Source: a virus
Taxonomy: Duplodnaviria; Caudoviricetes
IMG/VR virus record: IMGVR_UViG_3300043117_000120
Coordinates: 1-47,741 of that record
Length of the DNA: 47,741 nucleotides
Reading direction: 5' to 3' (one strand)
Position 1 is the first letter of the stretch, and each line of letters opens with the position of its first letter. The position numbers and the translations under genes were made by a program. This document shows positions 1 to 9,495 of the stretch, in pieces. The notes beneath the pieces were generated by a model. The model did no database searches. It had not been told where the DNA came from and saw only the letters and a list, made by a program, of their open reading frames with translations.

Positions 1-177
1 GGTTGTTTATTCCGACCTGTATAAACTCAAAGCGCCTGTTGTCAGCAAGTTCTTGCGCGGTGGTGTTTTTAATGAAGGCGTCCATTACATCACCCGCGAA
101 AAATGCAAAGTTCGGGGTTTGCTTGCCGTCTTGTCTAACCAGTTCGCAACCACCGTCGATGTCGCCGAGTATATCAG
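1..177. repeat. Terminal direct repeat / circular assembly overlap (left copy)
   Basis: 1-177 matches 47565-47741 except T50 versus C47614. Confidence 0.97.
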
Positions 178-760
178 CGTTTACGTTATCCCATGGTATT
201 GCAGGGGTGATGGAGTGCGTGGCGGCCCTTCGGAAATCATAGATCAGGTCAGTGTTTGTGGTGCCCAGGATTGCCGGGTGCTGTCCGTTAAGCAGTGAGT
301 CCCAACTGAGTACTTCAAAAAGTCTGAGTAGTCGCCGTACGTGTTCGAGGTAATGTTCAATTGCCTTTTCACGCATACGGGTAAACCGGCTCCTCTGCTC
401 GTAGGGGTTCTCACCTGCATTTCTGTTGAGTATCTCATCTGCGGTGATATCGCCGATCTCTTCAGCCAGCGGATATACACGGGCAAAGTTTGAAAAATTC
501 TGCGTATCCGTGTTTTTCTGCAGGTTGCCAAGGTGTCGGCTGTTGGTGCCCCTGTGAATAAGGGCGGCTATGCGTTCGTTTCCACGCATAATGTCTATCT
601 CTACAACCTTGCTGTCAGGGCTGTAGACCGTTCTTGATCCGTTGTTGGCAGGATTGCCGAAAAAAGACTGACCGGCTGTAGATACACCGATGATCTTTTT
701 CTCGTCAAACATTTCCGCCATGTAACGGCTAAACATATCAACTGCTATAGGGGTTGGCAT
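1..760 (-). CDS. Major capsid protein (lambda gpE-like), 5' part; continues across the junction to 47101 (about 407 aa in total)
   Basis: ATG at 760 after GGAGG. Hand translation MPTPIAVDMFSRYMAEMFDEKK... is open to the window edge and in frame with MDAFIKN of 47101..47649. Follows the protease and decoration genes. Missed by the ORF track. Confidence 0.88.
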   Translation of the reverse strand, partial: MPTPIAVDMFSRYMAEMFDEKKIIGVSTAGQSFFGNPANNGSRTVYSPDSKVVEIDIMRGNERIAALIHRGTNSRHLGNLQKNTDTQNFSNFARVYPLAEEIGDITADEILNRNAGENPYEQRSRFTRMREKAIEHYLEHVRRLLRLFEVLSWDSLLNGQHPAILGTTNTDLIYDFRRAATHSITPAIPWDNVNADILGDIDGGCELVRQDGKQTPNFAFFAGDVMDAFIKNTTAQELADNRRFEFIQVGINN

Positions 761-773
761 TTATTGTATCCTC

Positions 774-1226
774 CTAATTCTCAAAATGTGAAATATCTTC
801 GGTATCTTCAATGAATATACCTGTAGTCTCTGCCAGCGCTTTCATGGCAGTTCTTGCTTCAATGGTGCCAGGGTTTACAACTGAGTACTGAGTCAGTATG
901 TCCTGATCCCATACAATGTCCTGCTGGTCAACGGTGCAGCATCCACCGATAAGGATAGCGACATCCTCGACATTACCGGCGGCAATATCAGCGGCGTCTA
1001 TGGTGTCGCCAAGGTATATGCCACGGGGTACGGAGGATCCGTCTACCTGGTCAAGCTGTGTAAGCGGTACCCATAGCCGTGTAGCGGCGATCTGGGCCAT
1101 AACGGTATTGGGTAGCAAATCCTCTGTTCTCTGTGCATTCTGGGCTATGTCGCCGTTGCGAACATAGGAGGTACCGCTTTTTATAAACGGTATATTGGTT
1201 ATGTCACGTCTGCTTTGTACTGCCAT
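774..1226 (-). CDS. Head decoration protein (gpD-like)
   Basis: 150 aa between the protease and the capsid gene; DGSSVPRGIY motif. Confidence 0.7.
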   Translation of the reverse strand: MAVQSRRDITNIPFIKSGTSYVRNGDIAQNAQRTEDLLPNTVMAQIAATRLWVPLTQLDQVDGSSVPRGIYLGDTIDAADIAAGNVEDVAILIGGCCTVDQQDIVWDQDILTQYSVVNPGTIEARTAMKALAETTGIFIEDTEDISHFEN

Positions 1227-1227
1227 G

Positions 1228-2376
1228 TTACACCTCCATACCCATTGCTAATTTGTCGCGCCTGATCTCAGCCTGATAATCAGCCTCGGTGTTAATAACG
1301 CCGTTTTCTGTGGTCTTTTCGTCCTGCTGTCCCGGAGTTTCGCCAAGTTCTGCGGTTTCACCCTGGGCGGCGGCTGAAGACGACTGCTCTCTCATTGCGT
1401 CAATTGCGGCAACTGTTGTTTCAAGAGCTTCAACTGACTTTTTGCCGTCGAGGACGTCACAGGCTATATTCTGTATGGTTTTGCCATATCCTGCCTTGCC
1501 CTCCTCGTCAGCTACACGTAGGTACTTAGCCGCAACTGTGACCCGGCTCTGTACTTCGTTTTTCCCCGCTTCTTTTCCTTCGTCAAATACCTGTGCGTAG
1601 AGTGCGGGGTGCTGGTTCTTCAATTCTTCAAGTGTCATTACAACACCTCCTGTTATATTTTCGCCCGCACTGACTGCGGGGGTTTGCGCTTTGGTTGGTT
1701 CATGTGTTTCATGTTTTGCTTGTGGTTCCTGTTTTTCTGGTTTTTCTGATTTTATTCGTGCTGCCATTTCCTGTATATCGTCTGCATATTGAGGATCGTT
1801 AAGTTTTGCCAGGGTAGATTTAAATGTGGCTTTTGCGTGCGCAAGTGCGCTTTGCTTGTCTTTTTCTTCATCTGTTTTTATAATTTCATCTACAAAACCA
1901 TATTCTTTGATTTCTTCACCGAAAAACCATGACTCTTTATCCATCAAGTCACGAATTTCCGATAGGGCTTTGCCGGTTCTCTTCTCGTATGCTTTAGCGA
2001 TAATCTGAGTCATACCGTCAAGCACCTCGCCGAAGTTCATCATTTCACGGTAATCGCCGCAGGTGCACCCCCAGGCGTTATGTATCATAAATATAGCGTT
2101 GTCCTCTGCTGCCACAAGGTCAAAGACCGGATTGCAGGCAAGATATGAGCACATGGAAGCCGCTATTCCCTTGATAATTGCAATCATCTGTGATTCCGGG
2201 TATTCACGTTTATAGTCACGCATGATATTAAATATTTCAATACCATCGAGAACGCTCCCGCCTGTGCTTGCGAAATGCACTTCAATGTCATCACCCTTTG
2301 CGGCGTTAAATTGAGATCGCAAATTTGCGGGAATCACTTCCCATCCTATTTCACCTGATATTGGTATTTTGATCAT
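1228..2376 (-). CDS. ClpP-type head maturation protease with C-terminal scaffold region
   Basis: STGGSVLDG, GIAASMCS, FMIHNAW, ESWFFGEE and GFVDEI motifs; charged low-complexity C-terminus. Confidence 0.92.
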   Translation of the reverse strand: MIKIPISGEIGWEVIPANLRSQFNAAKGDDIEVHFASTGGSVLDGIEIFNIMRDYKREYPESQMIAIIKGIAASMCSYLACNPVFDLVAAEDNAIFMIHNAWGCTCGDYREMMNFGEVLDGMTQIIAKAYEKRTGKALSEIRDLMDKESWFFGEEIKEYGFVDEIIKTDEEKDKQSALAHAKATFKSTLAKLNDPQYADDIQEMAARIKSEKPEKQEPQAKHETHEPTKAQTPAVSAGENITGGVVMTLEELKNQHPALYAQVFDEGKEAGKNEVQSRVTVAAKYLRVADEEGKAGYGKTIQNIACDVLDGKKSVEALETTVAAIDAMREQSSSAAAQGETAELGETPGQQDEKTTENGVINTEADYQAEIRRDKLAMGMEV

Positions 2377-2392
2377 GTTTCACTCCATATAG

Positions 2393-2424
2393 AAAAGCCC
2401 GTACCTGTTATGGCACGGGCTTTT
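2393..2424 (-). terminator. Hairpin / intrinsic terminator just upstream of the protease RBS
   Basis: AAAAGCCCGT-loop-ACGGGCTTTT inverted repeat. Confidence 0.6.
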
Positions 2425-2465
2425 AAGAAATCTCAAATGTGAGGCTTAAAAGAAATCCGTATTAG

Positions 2466-2588
2466 TTAAAGATTGTCGTATCTTGCTTTCTTCACGGCTC
2501 GTACACCTCCCTGGTTAAATGTGATGATCACGTCACCTGAGAATTTTTGATTTATAAGGTCTTTCACTATTTGCAAGATTTTTTCCAT
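2466..2588 (-). CDS. 40-aa protein, DUF2292/YezD-like
   Basis: Hand-translated MEKILQIVKDLINQKFSGDVIITFNQGGVRAVKKARYDNL; AAAGGT upstream. Confidence 0.55.
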   Translation of the reverse strand: MEKILQIVKDLINQKFSGDVIITFNQGGVRAVKKARYDNL

Positions 2589-2619
2589 TACTACCTTTAT
2601 GTATTATAAATTTAAAATG

Positions 2620-2814
2620 TCAATCGTTTTTTCCGTCGTTAAGGCGTCGGAATATTTCTCGATGTGTTTCTCTGTTCTCTGAAAATTCACGGTCGTTTTC
2701 CTTGACGTGTCGGTTAAAGATATATGCAACAAGGCCGCCACTAAAAAGGATAATAGTGCCGATAATGCCCATGAGCCAAACAATAATTTGATTGATAAAT
2801 CCGTTTTCTTGCAT
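2620..2814 (-). CDS. Small single-TM membrane protein with charged tail (holin/XhlA-like architecture)
   Basis: IIVWLMGIIGTIILFSGGLVAYIF followed by a charged helix; GGAG upstream. Confidence 0.5.
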   Translation of the reverse strand: MQENGFINQIIVWLMGIIGTIILFSGGLVAYIFNRHVKENDREFSENRETHREIFRRLNDGKND

Positions 2815-2960
2815 CCGTCCATACTCCTACCTGTTCACGTATTATTTACCCGTAACTGTGCGTATACAGTTTAATATGTGCCGTGTCTGACCCGGCGCCA
2901 CCTCTACGTGATCGGTAAATCTTCCCTTTACGTTTATCTCACCGGGGCCCATTCTGTTTT

Positions 2961-3233
2961 TCATGGGAGGTCAACTCTTACTTTTCCGTCTTTACCGACT
3001 GCCATAACGTATACATCTACGGGGTCGGTTGATTCTATCGGTTCGGCAAGGGTGCCTAAGAATATGGGCACCCCTTCGAGTACTGACGTGGGAGCGTCGC
3101 CGCCTGTGACCCTGTATACCTCGGTGTAAATGTTTGGTTTATTCGATTTTTTCTTTACGGTTCCTGCGGTCACATTGGTTGCTGCTTTTACCCACGTATC
3201 AGCGGGTAAATTTAAATCTATAGGGTTAGCCAT
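2961..3233 (-). CDS. Hypothetical virion-associated protein (90 aa from MANPIDL)
   Basis: GGAGGAG RBS before ATG 3233; overlaps the portal stop. Confidence 0.6.
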   Translation of the reverse strand: MANPIDLNLPADTWVKAATNVTAGTVKKKSNKPNIYTEVYRVTGGDAPTSVLEGVPIFLGTLAEPIESTDPVDVYVMAVGKDGKVRVDLP

Positions 3234-4860
3234 CGTCTTCTCCTCCTGGTATTTGCTGTATAGGAGCTCTCGGCCAGGGTGGTGTCGGTAATTCGTCGTA
3301 TTGTCGGGCATTTTTGCGGCGGTTTGCCTTGCCTGAGCTGCCGTTAAAATTACGTGCGACGTCATCTAGTGTTTGCGCGCCAAGTTCTACATATCCGCGG
3401 TCTGCTTCCATGGTTTTTAGCGGGTCAATATTTGGCATTGGTACACCTGCCCACTCACCCATAAGCCATGCGTCTTTTAATGATTGGTCACTCCATCCCG
3501 GTGCCCTGACGGTGCCCTGTGCAATCTCTTCGGAAAGCCACATCTCATATACGGGGTCGAGAAAATCGGTTATCATTTCATCACGTTCAATGTTAGCAGT
3601 TCTCCAGCATAGAAGCAGGGTGCCACGGCTGGCGCTGTAGTTTGCGTTAAATTTTTTAAGTACGAGTTCAACGCTCCACCCCACGCTGGCGGCGATGGAA
3701 GAGAAAAACGATTCCACGAATTTATCATACGCAGCTGAAGGTGAGGTGTCCTGTAGATATTTCATCTTATCGCCGCGTCTGAGGTTGCCTATTATAGCAG
3801 ATCCCGGTACGTGTAGGGTGGCCTCAGGCATCGGTGTCCAGTTCACCACTGGTTCAAGTGCGTTTTGTGTTACATTTTGGGCCTGGAGTGCCGGTGTTGG
3901 GTTTGATCCGTATTGTTGTACACCGGGTCCTGCTACCCTTCCAACTACAGGATTTGAGCCGTCCTGTTGGTCATTTTCTACCGCTGCGATAAATGATGCC
4001 TGGTTTATGGCCTTTTGTATGGTGCTGGCTTTAAATCCGGTTAAATCCTCAAATTCCTGTATGAGATGGGTCATGAGTGACATACCCCTGCCCTGGCCTG
4101 CATATTCCGGGGTGAAGCCATGCAGCATAAAGGTGCGTCCTGATTTTGGGCCGCGTGCTGGTATCTTTACATCTTTGTAGCTGCCGTCGGGTTGTTTTAT
4201 CCATATCTTGTAGTCTGTTTCGCGTCCTGCTTTGTCTCTGATTATACCGTCGTCACCGCCGAGCTGTGCGTATGTCGAGGTGTAGGCGTGTCCCCTGATC
4301 TGGTTTGGTTCGAGAAAGTCGATCTGGAGGGGGTTTGTGGTGTCTTTTTCTTTAATGTAAAACAGGCGTGCGAATATATCGTTGTCACGCTGTCGAAACA
4401 GCATGTATAATCTCTGGTTTTGGTAAAAGTTGTTAATCCTGGGACGGTGTGATTTTTTTGACTTTGCCCACATGTGGAAACGCTGCGCGACGTTTTCTGC
4501 CCATGCTTCGGCCTCTTCCGGGGTGATACCTAATATGTCGGCATCCGGGGTCGGTTTGAACCTGAGCCCGGTGTCTACGCTGGTATCTACTATCGATTTA
4601 ACAAGGGCCCTGGCCTCGATGCTGTCATATAAGGAATCGCGCACCTGTTGTCGTATTGAAAAATGGTCATGTATATTTATGGAAGCGCCGCGACTGGTAC
4701 CGCCGGGCCATTTTGAGCCTGAGCCATATTCAGGGTATGGGCTGCCATATCCGTAGTTGTAGCTGTTGGTTGCGGTGATACCTGACCCTGCGCTGGTTGT
4801 TATAATTTTATTGCGGGTGAATACTGAGCGTATTTTATCTGTTATAGTGGATAGTGTCAT
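3226..4860 (-). CDS. Portal protein, lambda family
   Basis: GQGRGMS, NYSASR and IDPLKT motifs; start likely at ATG 4860 (ATGA overlap with the upstream gene). Confidence 0.92.
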   Translation of the reverse strand: MTLSTITDKIRSVFTRNKIITTSAGSGITATNSYNYGYGSPYPEYGSGSKWPGGTSRGASINIHDHFSIRQQVRDSLYDSIEARALVKSIVDTSVDTGLRFKPTPDADILGITPEEAEAWAENVAQRFHMWAKSKKSHRPRINNFYQNQRLYMLFRQRDNDIFARLFYIKEKDTTNPLQIDFLEPNQIRGHAYTSTYAQLGGDDGIIRDKAGRETDYKIWIKQPDGSYKDVKIPARGPKSGRTFMLHGFTPEYAGQGRGMSLMTHLIQEFEDLTGFKASTIQKAINQASFIAAVENDQQDGSNPVVGRVAGPGVQQYGSNPTPALQAQNVTQNALEPVVNWTPMPEATLHVPGSAIIGNLRRGDKMKYLQDTSPSAAYDKFVESFFSSIAASVGWSVELVLKKFNANYSASRGTLLLCWRTANIERDEMITDFLDPVYEMWLSEEIAQGTVRAPGWSDQSLKDAWLMGEWAGVPMPNIDPLKTMEADRGYVELGAQTLDDVARNFNGSSGKANRRKNARQYDELPTPPWPRAPIQQIPGGEDDG

Positions 4861-5153
4861 ATCGGGTATTTTCTCCGCAACCGAACGTTTACTATACCCA
4901 TGTTGTAGAGCTCGTTTATGAGATGTGATTCCTTCGCTTCCCATACCCTGATCATTTCCTCTATTTGGGTAAGATCAAAGTATGTTGTGCGCTGGCTGCC
5001 CTCGCCTGAGTCAAAAGCGTATGATTTAACGCCGCCCTCTGTCATTGCAGGATTGGTAAGTGATGTGTAGAGGCTGTCCAGTACAGTCTGGGTTCGGGTT
5101 AGCTGTTGCTGGAGCCTTGCTTTTCGTGCGGTGACGTATCCCATAGAATACAA
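4857..5153 (-). CDS. Head-tail joining protein (gpW-like)
   Basis: Small gene between terminase and portal; VKSYAFDSGEGSQRTTY followed by a helix. Confidence 0.75.
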   Translation of the reverse strand: MYSMGYVTARKARLQQQLTRTQTVLDSLYTSLTNPAMTEGGVKSYAFDSGEGSQRTTYFDLTQIEEMIRVWEAKESHLINELYNMGIVNVRLRRKYPI

Positions 5154-5180
5154 AGTTCATATATTGTAGAAAAAGTCAAC

Positions 5181-5208
5181 AAAAAAACGACCGGCTTTTA
5201 CACCGGTC
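5181..5208 (-). terminator. Intrinsic terminator
   Basis: GACCGG-TGTAAAAG-CCGGTC-GTTTTTTT on the minus strand. Confidence 0.75.
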
Positions 5209-5344
5209 AGAAAGGTTGTTCGTATGATAAGAAGGCGGTTAGGAAGTTGTTATCCTGTATTCCTTTTCGTTTTCTACATACTCAACTGTTATATTCATTT
5301 TCTTCCCCCATATCCAACGGGGCGCGTGGCCCCGTGATTTTTTA

Positions 5345-5644
5345 TTACCACAAATCCCGTCCTGTTACTATATTGACAGGGTTGGATAAGTCGTTCATCG
5401 ATGTAACATATTCTTCAAGTGTCATGTTCTGGTGATGTCCCTCAATAATTTCTATGGTAGGATCTACACCATCTCGTTTTGCCGCTTCATAACTATGATT
5501 CCCGTCAACCAGCATTGGTATCATTCCATCACCGTCATCGTCTATCAGCTCTACGTATATCGTGTAATCTTTATTTTCTCTTTTTTCTTCAACGGTTTCT
5601 TCACTTATGTAACTTTGTGCTGTGTATATTTTGTTAAGTTCCAT
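5345..5644 (-). CDS. Small acidic protein with ParB/Srx-like motif (moron)
   Basis: MLVDGNHSYEAAKRDG; has its own promoter, AAGGAGG RBS and downstream terminator. Confidence 0.6.
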   Translation of the reverse strand: MELNKIYTAQSYISEETVEEKRENKDYTIYVELIDDDGDGMIPMLVDGNHSYEAAKRDGVDPTIEIIEGHHQNMTLEEYVTSMNDLSNPVNIVTGRDLW

Positions 5645-5682
5645 CTCATTCCTCCTTATCCTTTATTCTTTATCTTATATAT

Positions 5683-5712
5683 ACAATATATATCAATACT
5701 GTGTAATGTCAA
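5683..5712 (-). promoter_or_regulatory. Sigma70-like promoter P1
   Basis: TTGACATTACACAGTATTGATATATATTGT with upstream A-tracts; near-identical to 29788-29817. Confidence 0.75.
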
Positions 5713-5740
5713 GTATTTTTACTGTTTTTTTTATTTTTTT

Positions 5741-7708
5741 TCATTTTTTTGCAATACTGGTTTGTTGTATCATTTTATCAATTATAGTCCGTCCCGTGAT
5801 GCGTTGTATATCGGCGTGGCTGGCACCGTTCTTTTTAGCACTTGCCTTTGTTTCGCTTACGAGTGCGTCCAGGTAAACATCGGCCATACACAGGGCATAT
5901 ACCATGGTGTCGAGTTCTTCGTTGGGGCGTCCGTGACTGTCGTAACTGCCGTCAATCATCTTTTCCTCTGCGCAAAGTCCGTCAAAATAATGCTGTCCAT
6001 AATCTGCGGGAAAATCTATAAAGCCTGGTTTTTGCGGTTCGGTTTCTTCACGCTGAATTTTCAGCCGGTTATATATCTGATTCTTATAATGCACGGTGCT
6101 GACTATGTATATGAGTATATCTTCACCAACCTTTGAGGGTCGATATCGTAAAAATGATGATTCGGTGAGTTCATCCGGTTTTTCGTTTTTTTTACGCATG
6201 ATGGATCGCTGGCCCTTGACGGGGAATGTGTTATTCCATCGATTGCAAAACTCGTATACGGTGTCGGTGTTTTCGCCGTCGCCTGAGTCTACCGCTACCA
6301 TGGACACGGGAAATTTCATACCGTCGATGTCGCGGGTGTAGGTAAGGCTGGTTTCAACTGCGTATTCGTGGAGTAATTCCCAGGCGCCGCTGTAGGGGTC
6401 GGTTATGGGGCCTACAAATGTGCGATAATCTATACTCCATGTCCGGTAGCCATACCCGACGCCGATAACCTGCATCTCAAGACGTGGCGGGTTGTCGATG
6501 CTGCCTTTTTTACCACGCTGAACGTCAACTGCTGCGGTGAGGTATAAGACACCTTCGGGCACGGTTCTAATCCTGTAGCTGCCACGGTTTTCAATAACTG
6601 CTTCTGGTTTGGGCCTGGTACCTGATACAAGGTACGGCCTGCCGTCCTGGTGGTTGGTAAAGGTTCTCATACCGTCCGGGCTTTTTAATGCTTTCTGGTA
6701 GTCTGACCAGTAGTCTATCCATGAGTATGTGCCGAACGCTGCAAGTAGTGAGCTGAGGTGGAAACTTCGGCGGAGACGTTCAGGTGTTGCGGTTGGTTCC
6801 CAGAATCCGCCACGTATAAGTTCCGGCTTTTGGTATTCGTGTATGGCATCGTGGCAGCGGTCACACAGGTAATATACATACTGCAGGACGCCGCCCTTGG
6901 TTTCTGCCCTGAGTCCATGGTTTCCGTCTGGGTTGCCCCGGTCAAGCAGTATCGGTTTGCCGCATAGGGGGCAATTCACCATGTATTCGCATTGATCGCC
7001 AAGCATAAAGCGGTAGTGCATCCTGCATTCGTTTAACTCTGTCGGAGTTGAACACGCAACGATTTTTCTGCGTACACCCCACGCTTTGGTTCTTGCCTCT
7101 GCGTTTTCGTCCCAGTATCCCTCACCGGTGGTCAGGAGCTTCGGCGCCGCGCTCACCTCGTCAAGCATGAGTACGCGAACAGAATCTGATCTCTGGCTGG
7201 AGGGTGATTGCGCACTGGCCATTTCAAGGAATCCACCGACAAATAGTTTCTGCAGGGTGGTGTCGCCTGTACGACGGGTTTTCTCATTTTCTACCGGTGC
7301 CACAAGTTTTGATCTGAGTCCTAAGCTATCAATAAGCGGTTCAAGCCTTTTCGTGGCCCATTTTTTAAGAAGTGCATCGGTGCCGGACATGAATAACATT
7401 GGAGAGGGCAGCGCTCCCATGTAATAACCTATGGTGTTTTCAACGATAAAAGTCTTTACCACCTGGGAGGCACTCATGAGATCGATGTGCTGAGTCGCTG
7501 ACCACGGTGATATCTCATTCATTATTTCTTTGGCATACATGGTACGGGTGATATCGACCGGTCCGGGTATCGGGGTATTGCTTGGCATGATTCGCCTGCC
7601 CTGTATATAATCTGATATATAACGGGGTGGCGGATCTACCGGTGCGTTTTCGTTGTAATAGTTAAGACTTTCGTGTACGTCGTTTCTTTCCTCTATCGTC
7701 AGGTTCAT
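5741..7708 (-). CDS. Terminase large subunit, lambda GpA family
   Basis: ASQVVKT Walker A variant, LMLDEV Walker B, CSTPT, CPLCG...CDRC, RRSFHLSSL, TAAVDVQ, AVDSG, NEELDTMVYA. Confidence 0.95.
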   Translation of the reverse strand: MNLTIEERNDVHESLNYYNENAPVDPPPRYISDYIQGRRIMPSNTPIPGPVDITRTMYAKEIMNEISPWSATQHIDLMSASQVVKTFIVENTIGYYMGALPSPMLFMSGTDALLKKWATKRLEPLIDSLGLRSKLVAPVENEKTRRTGDTTLQKLFVGGFLEMASAQSPSSQRSDSVRVLMLDEVSAAPKLLTTGEGYWDENAEARTKAWGVRRKIVACSTPTELNECRMHYRFMLGDQCEYMVNCPLCGKPILLDRGNPDGNHGLRAETKGGVLQYVYYLCDRCHDAIHEYQKPELIRGGFWEPTATPERLRRSFHLSSLLAAFGTYSWIDYWSDYQKALKSPDGMRTFTNHQDGRPYLVSGTRPKPEAVIENRGSYRIRTVPEGVLYLTAAVDVQRGKKGSIDNPPRLEMQVIGVGYGYRTWSIDYRTFVGPITDPYSGAWELLHEYAVETSLTYTRDIDGMKFPVSMVAVDSGDGENTDTVYEFCNRWNNTFPVKGQRSIMRKKNEKPDELTESSFLRYRPSKVGEDILIYIVSTVHYKNQIYNRLKIQREETEPQKPGFIDFPADYGQHYFDGLCAEEKMIDGSYDSHGRPNEELDTMVYALCMADVYLDALVSETKASAKKNGASHADIQRITGRTIIDKMIQQTSIAKK

Positions 7709-8384
7709 TTATTACCTCAGCGTCATATCGTTCCAGGTGGCGGTTAAATTCTATTTTGACATGGTTTAATATTTTCCACAGTTCCTCATCTACAAACTTT
7801 CCAGCGTCAAAAATCTTTTCCTGCTCTTTACAGCCGAAACGTCCGGCCAGTTCATATACCAGGGTATCACGCAGGGACATAAATTCGTTCATGTGTATCT
7901 CAAATAGTTTTCCCAGCATGAAGCGGTGGATTCTGCGTGATATAAGCTCTTTGCGGTCGGCAAGTCGTTTCTGCGTGATCTGTTTGGTCTGTTCGTAGAT
8001 TTTTATTTTTTCTACCCACGCCTTGGGCATATTGACTATTTCTTTGTTGGTAAGCATCTCGCCTGAGTCGAGGCGGTTGTATATATCCTCTGGTATGGGC
8101 TCGGTGCCGGACGTGTCTTTCTTTTTAGCTGGTTTTTCCTGCTTGGGGGGTGTCGGTTTTTGCTTCACCGTTTTAGGTTTGGATTTTTTCTTGCCGGGCA
8201 CCTGACCGATGTCGAGGTCATCTTTTGCGTATTCTAAAACTTCACGGTTTTTGAGATCAACTTTTAATTTACCGTCTATTTTTGCCGAAGGGAAGAGGCC
8301 GGATTTGTGGGCCTTGTATACTGCCTGCCTTGATCTGCCAAGTGCGGCTGCGAATTCTGAGAGGGTTAGGTATCTATTATTCAT
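7662..8384 (-). CDS. Terminase small subunit (N-terminal HTH)
   Basis: LTLSEFAAALGRSRQAVYKA HTH; lies between the cos-like site and the large subunit; start at ATG 8384 inferred. Confidence 0.8.
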   Translation of the reverse strand: MNNRYLTLSEFAAALGRSRQAVYKAHKSGLFPSAKIDGKLKVDLKNREVLEYAKDDLDIGQVPGKKKSKPKTVKQKPTPPKQEKPAKKKDTSGTEPIPEDIYNRLDSGEMLTNKEIVNMPKAWVEKIKIYEQTKQITQKRLADRKELISRRIHRFMLGKLFEIHMNEFMSLRDTLVYELAGRFGCKEQEKIFDAGKFVDEELWKILNHVKIEFNRHLERYDAEVINEPDDRGKKRRTRKS

Positions 8385-8473
8385 TGCGGGATAAGGTGTA
8401 AACGATGTTGTCAGGCTTGTCAATCTTTTTTGTCAACCCGGTTGACAGTTGTCGCACGTGCGAAAAATCGGGG

Positions 8474-8519
8474 TCGCGATATTTTGCGCCCGCGAGGCCC
8501 CCCATGCTTCCCAGTACCT
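8474..8519 (-). promoter_or_regulatory. Putative cos site (cosQ-like plus cosN-like)
   Basis: Minus strand AGGTACT-N17-TCGCG[GGCGCAAAATAT]CGCGA, upstream of the small terminase gene. Confidence 0.65.
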
Positions 8520-8530
8520 TTTTTCTCAGA

Positions 8531-9256
8531 TTATTTATATCTCTTCATAACATGTGCCATAGATCGCGCCCATACGCGCCTGGCGTCGGTTGTCCTGGTA
8601 AGTGTACGCATGGCAGAGCTGGCCCACCGTGTGCGTCGTGGCCGCCTGTTCTCATCCTCAAAGGATTGATAGAGTGTAAACCTGTTATTGCGGTAATCAT
8701 ACAGTCCACGCTTCATGCCATTGTATGATGGAAGGATATATTGACCGGGCCGTTTCATTGCGCTTCTCGACTTAGGATCCATCATTATCTTTAAAAACAC
8801 ACCGATCTGTTGACGTTGTGACCGTGCGTTTTTTATCCTGTAATCATCATATCTGTGGAATGTATACGCGGGCTTCAGTCTTGCCCTGCTCTTTGCAGCT
8901 TTACGCCTTGTCCCCCCGCGTGCTGCCGTGGTGAATCCCCTCCTGGTGCGTGGCCGCGTCCCGTGTTCCTGTTCTTCCCAACCGGTAAACCTGGCCCGTT
9001 TGATTGAACCTGAAAGGGCGATCTGCTGCTCAATGGGAACATTGCGTGTTTTCTCTACCCTGAGCGATCCCCTCACAAAGCGTTCACTACGTACTATCAT
9101 GGAGCGGTGTATATTTTCCAGCTCAATTTTCCGGTTCTCAAAGGCGAGGGTATTTAACACATTAGCCGTGACCGGCTTGATCAGTTTTGGCGATTCTTTA
9201 AAAAACCGTTCAAGTTTTTTAAGGTCACGGCTGGACATTGTAAATGATTCTTTCAT
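8531..9256 (-). CDS. Basic phage morphogenesis protein (possibly gpZ-like)
   Basis: Arg/Lys-rich 241 aa immediately upstream of the cos-like site. Confidence 0.5.
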   Translation of the reverse strand: MKESFTMSSRDLKKLERFFKESPKLIKPVTANVLNTLAFENRKIELENIHRSMIVRSERFVRGSLRVEKTRNVPIEQQIALSGSIKRARFTGWEEQEHGTRPRTRRGFTTAARGGTRRKAAKSRARLKPAYTFHRYDDYRIKNARSQRQQIGVFLKIMMDPKSRSAMKRPGQYILPSYNGMKRGLYDYRNNRFTLYQSFEDENRRPRRTRWASSAMRTLTRTTDARRVWARSMAHVMKRYK

Positions 9257-9268
9257 ATGCGGATAGTA

Positions 9269-9463
9269 TTACAGCATGCGTAAACTATCAACATATTTTT
9301 CATATGCTTCCCTGTTATTTTGGCAAAATGTTATCATTGTTCTGATGGCATCAACATTGCGCCTCCAGAAGTGGATATGGGCCATTTCCTCAATAAAATC
9401 GTACTCATTTGAACGTACCCTTAAATAAATAGTGTAATGATCTCCTGCTGGTTTTTGTGTCAT
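9269..9463 (-). CDS. Small DNA-binding protein, ribbon-helix-helix-like
   Basis: YTIYLRV strand followed by two helices; AAGGAG RBS. Confidence 0.5.
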   Translation of the reverse strand: MTQKPAGDHYTIYLRVRSNEYDFIEEMAHIHFWRRNVDAIRTMITFCQNNREAYEKYVDSLRML

Positions 9464-9495
9464 ATCGGATCTCCTTTTTTACCCTTTGATATATT

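Noticed and set aside
244-531. 95-aa minus ORF and short plus ORFs at 3-298
   Set aside because: Alternative frames overlapping the capsid gene
5432-6136. 234-aa hydrophobic plus-strand ORF
   Set aside because: Antisense to the terminase and moron genes, and crosses an AT-rich promoter that explains its F/I/Y bias
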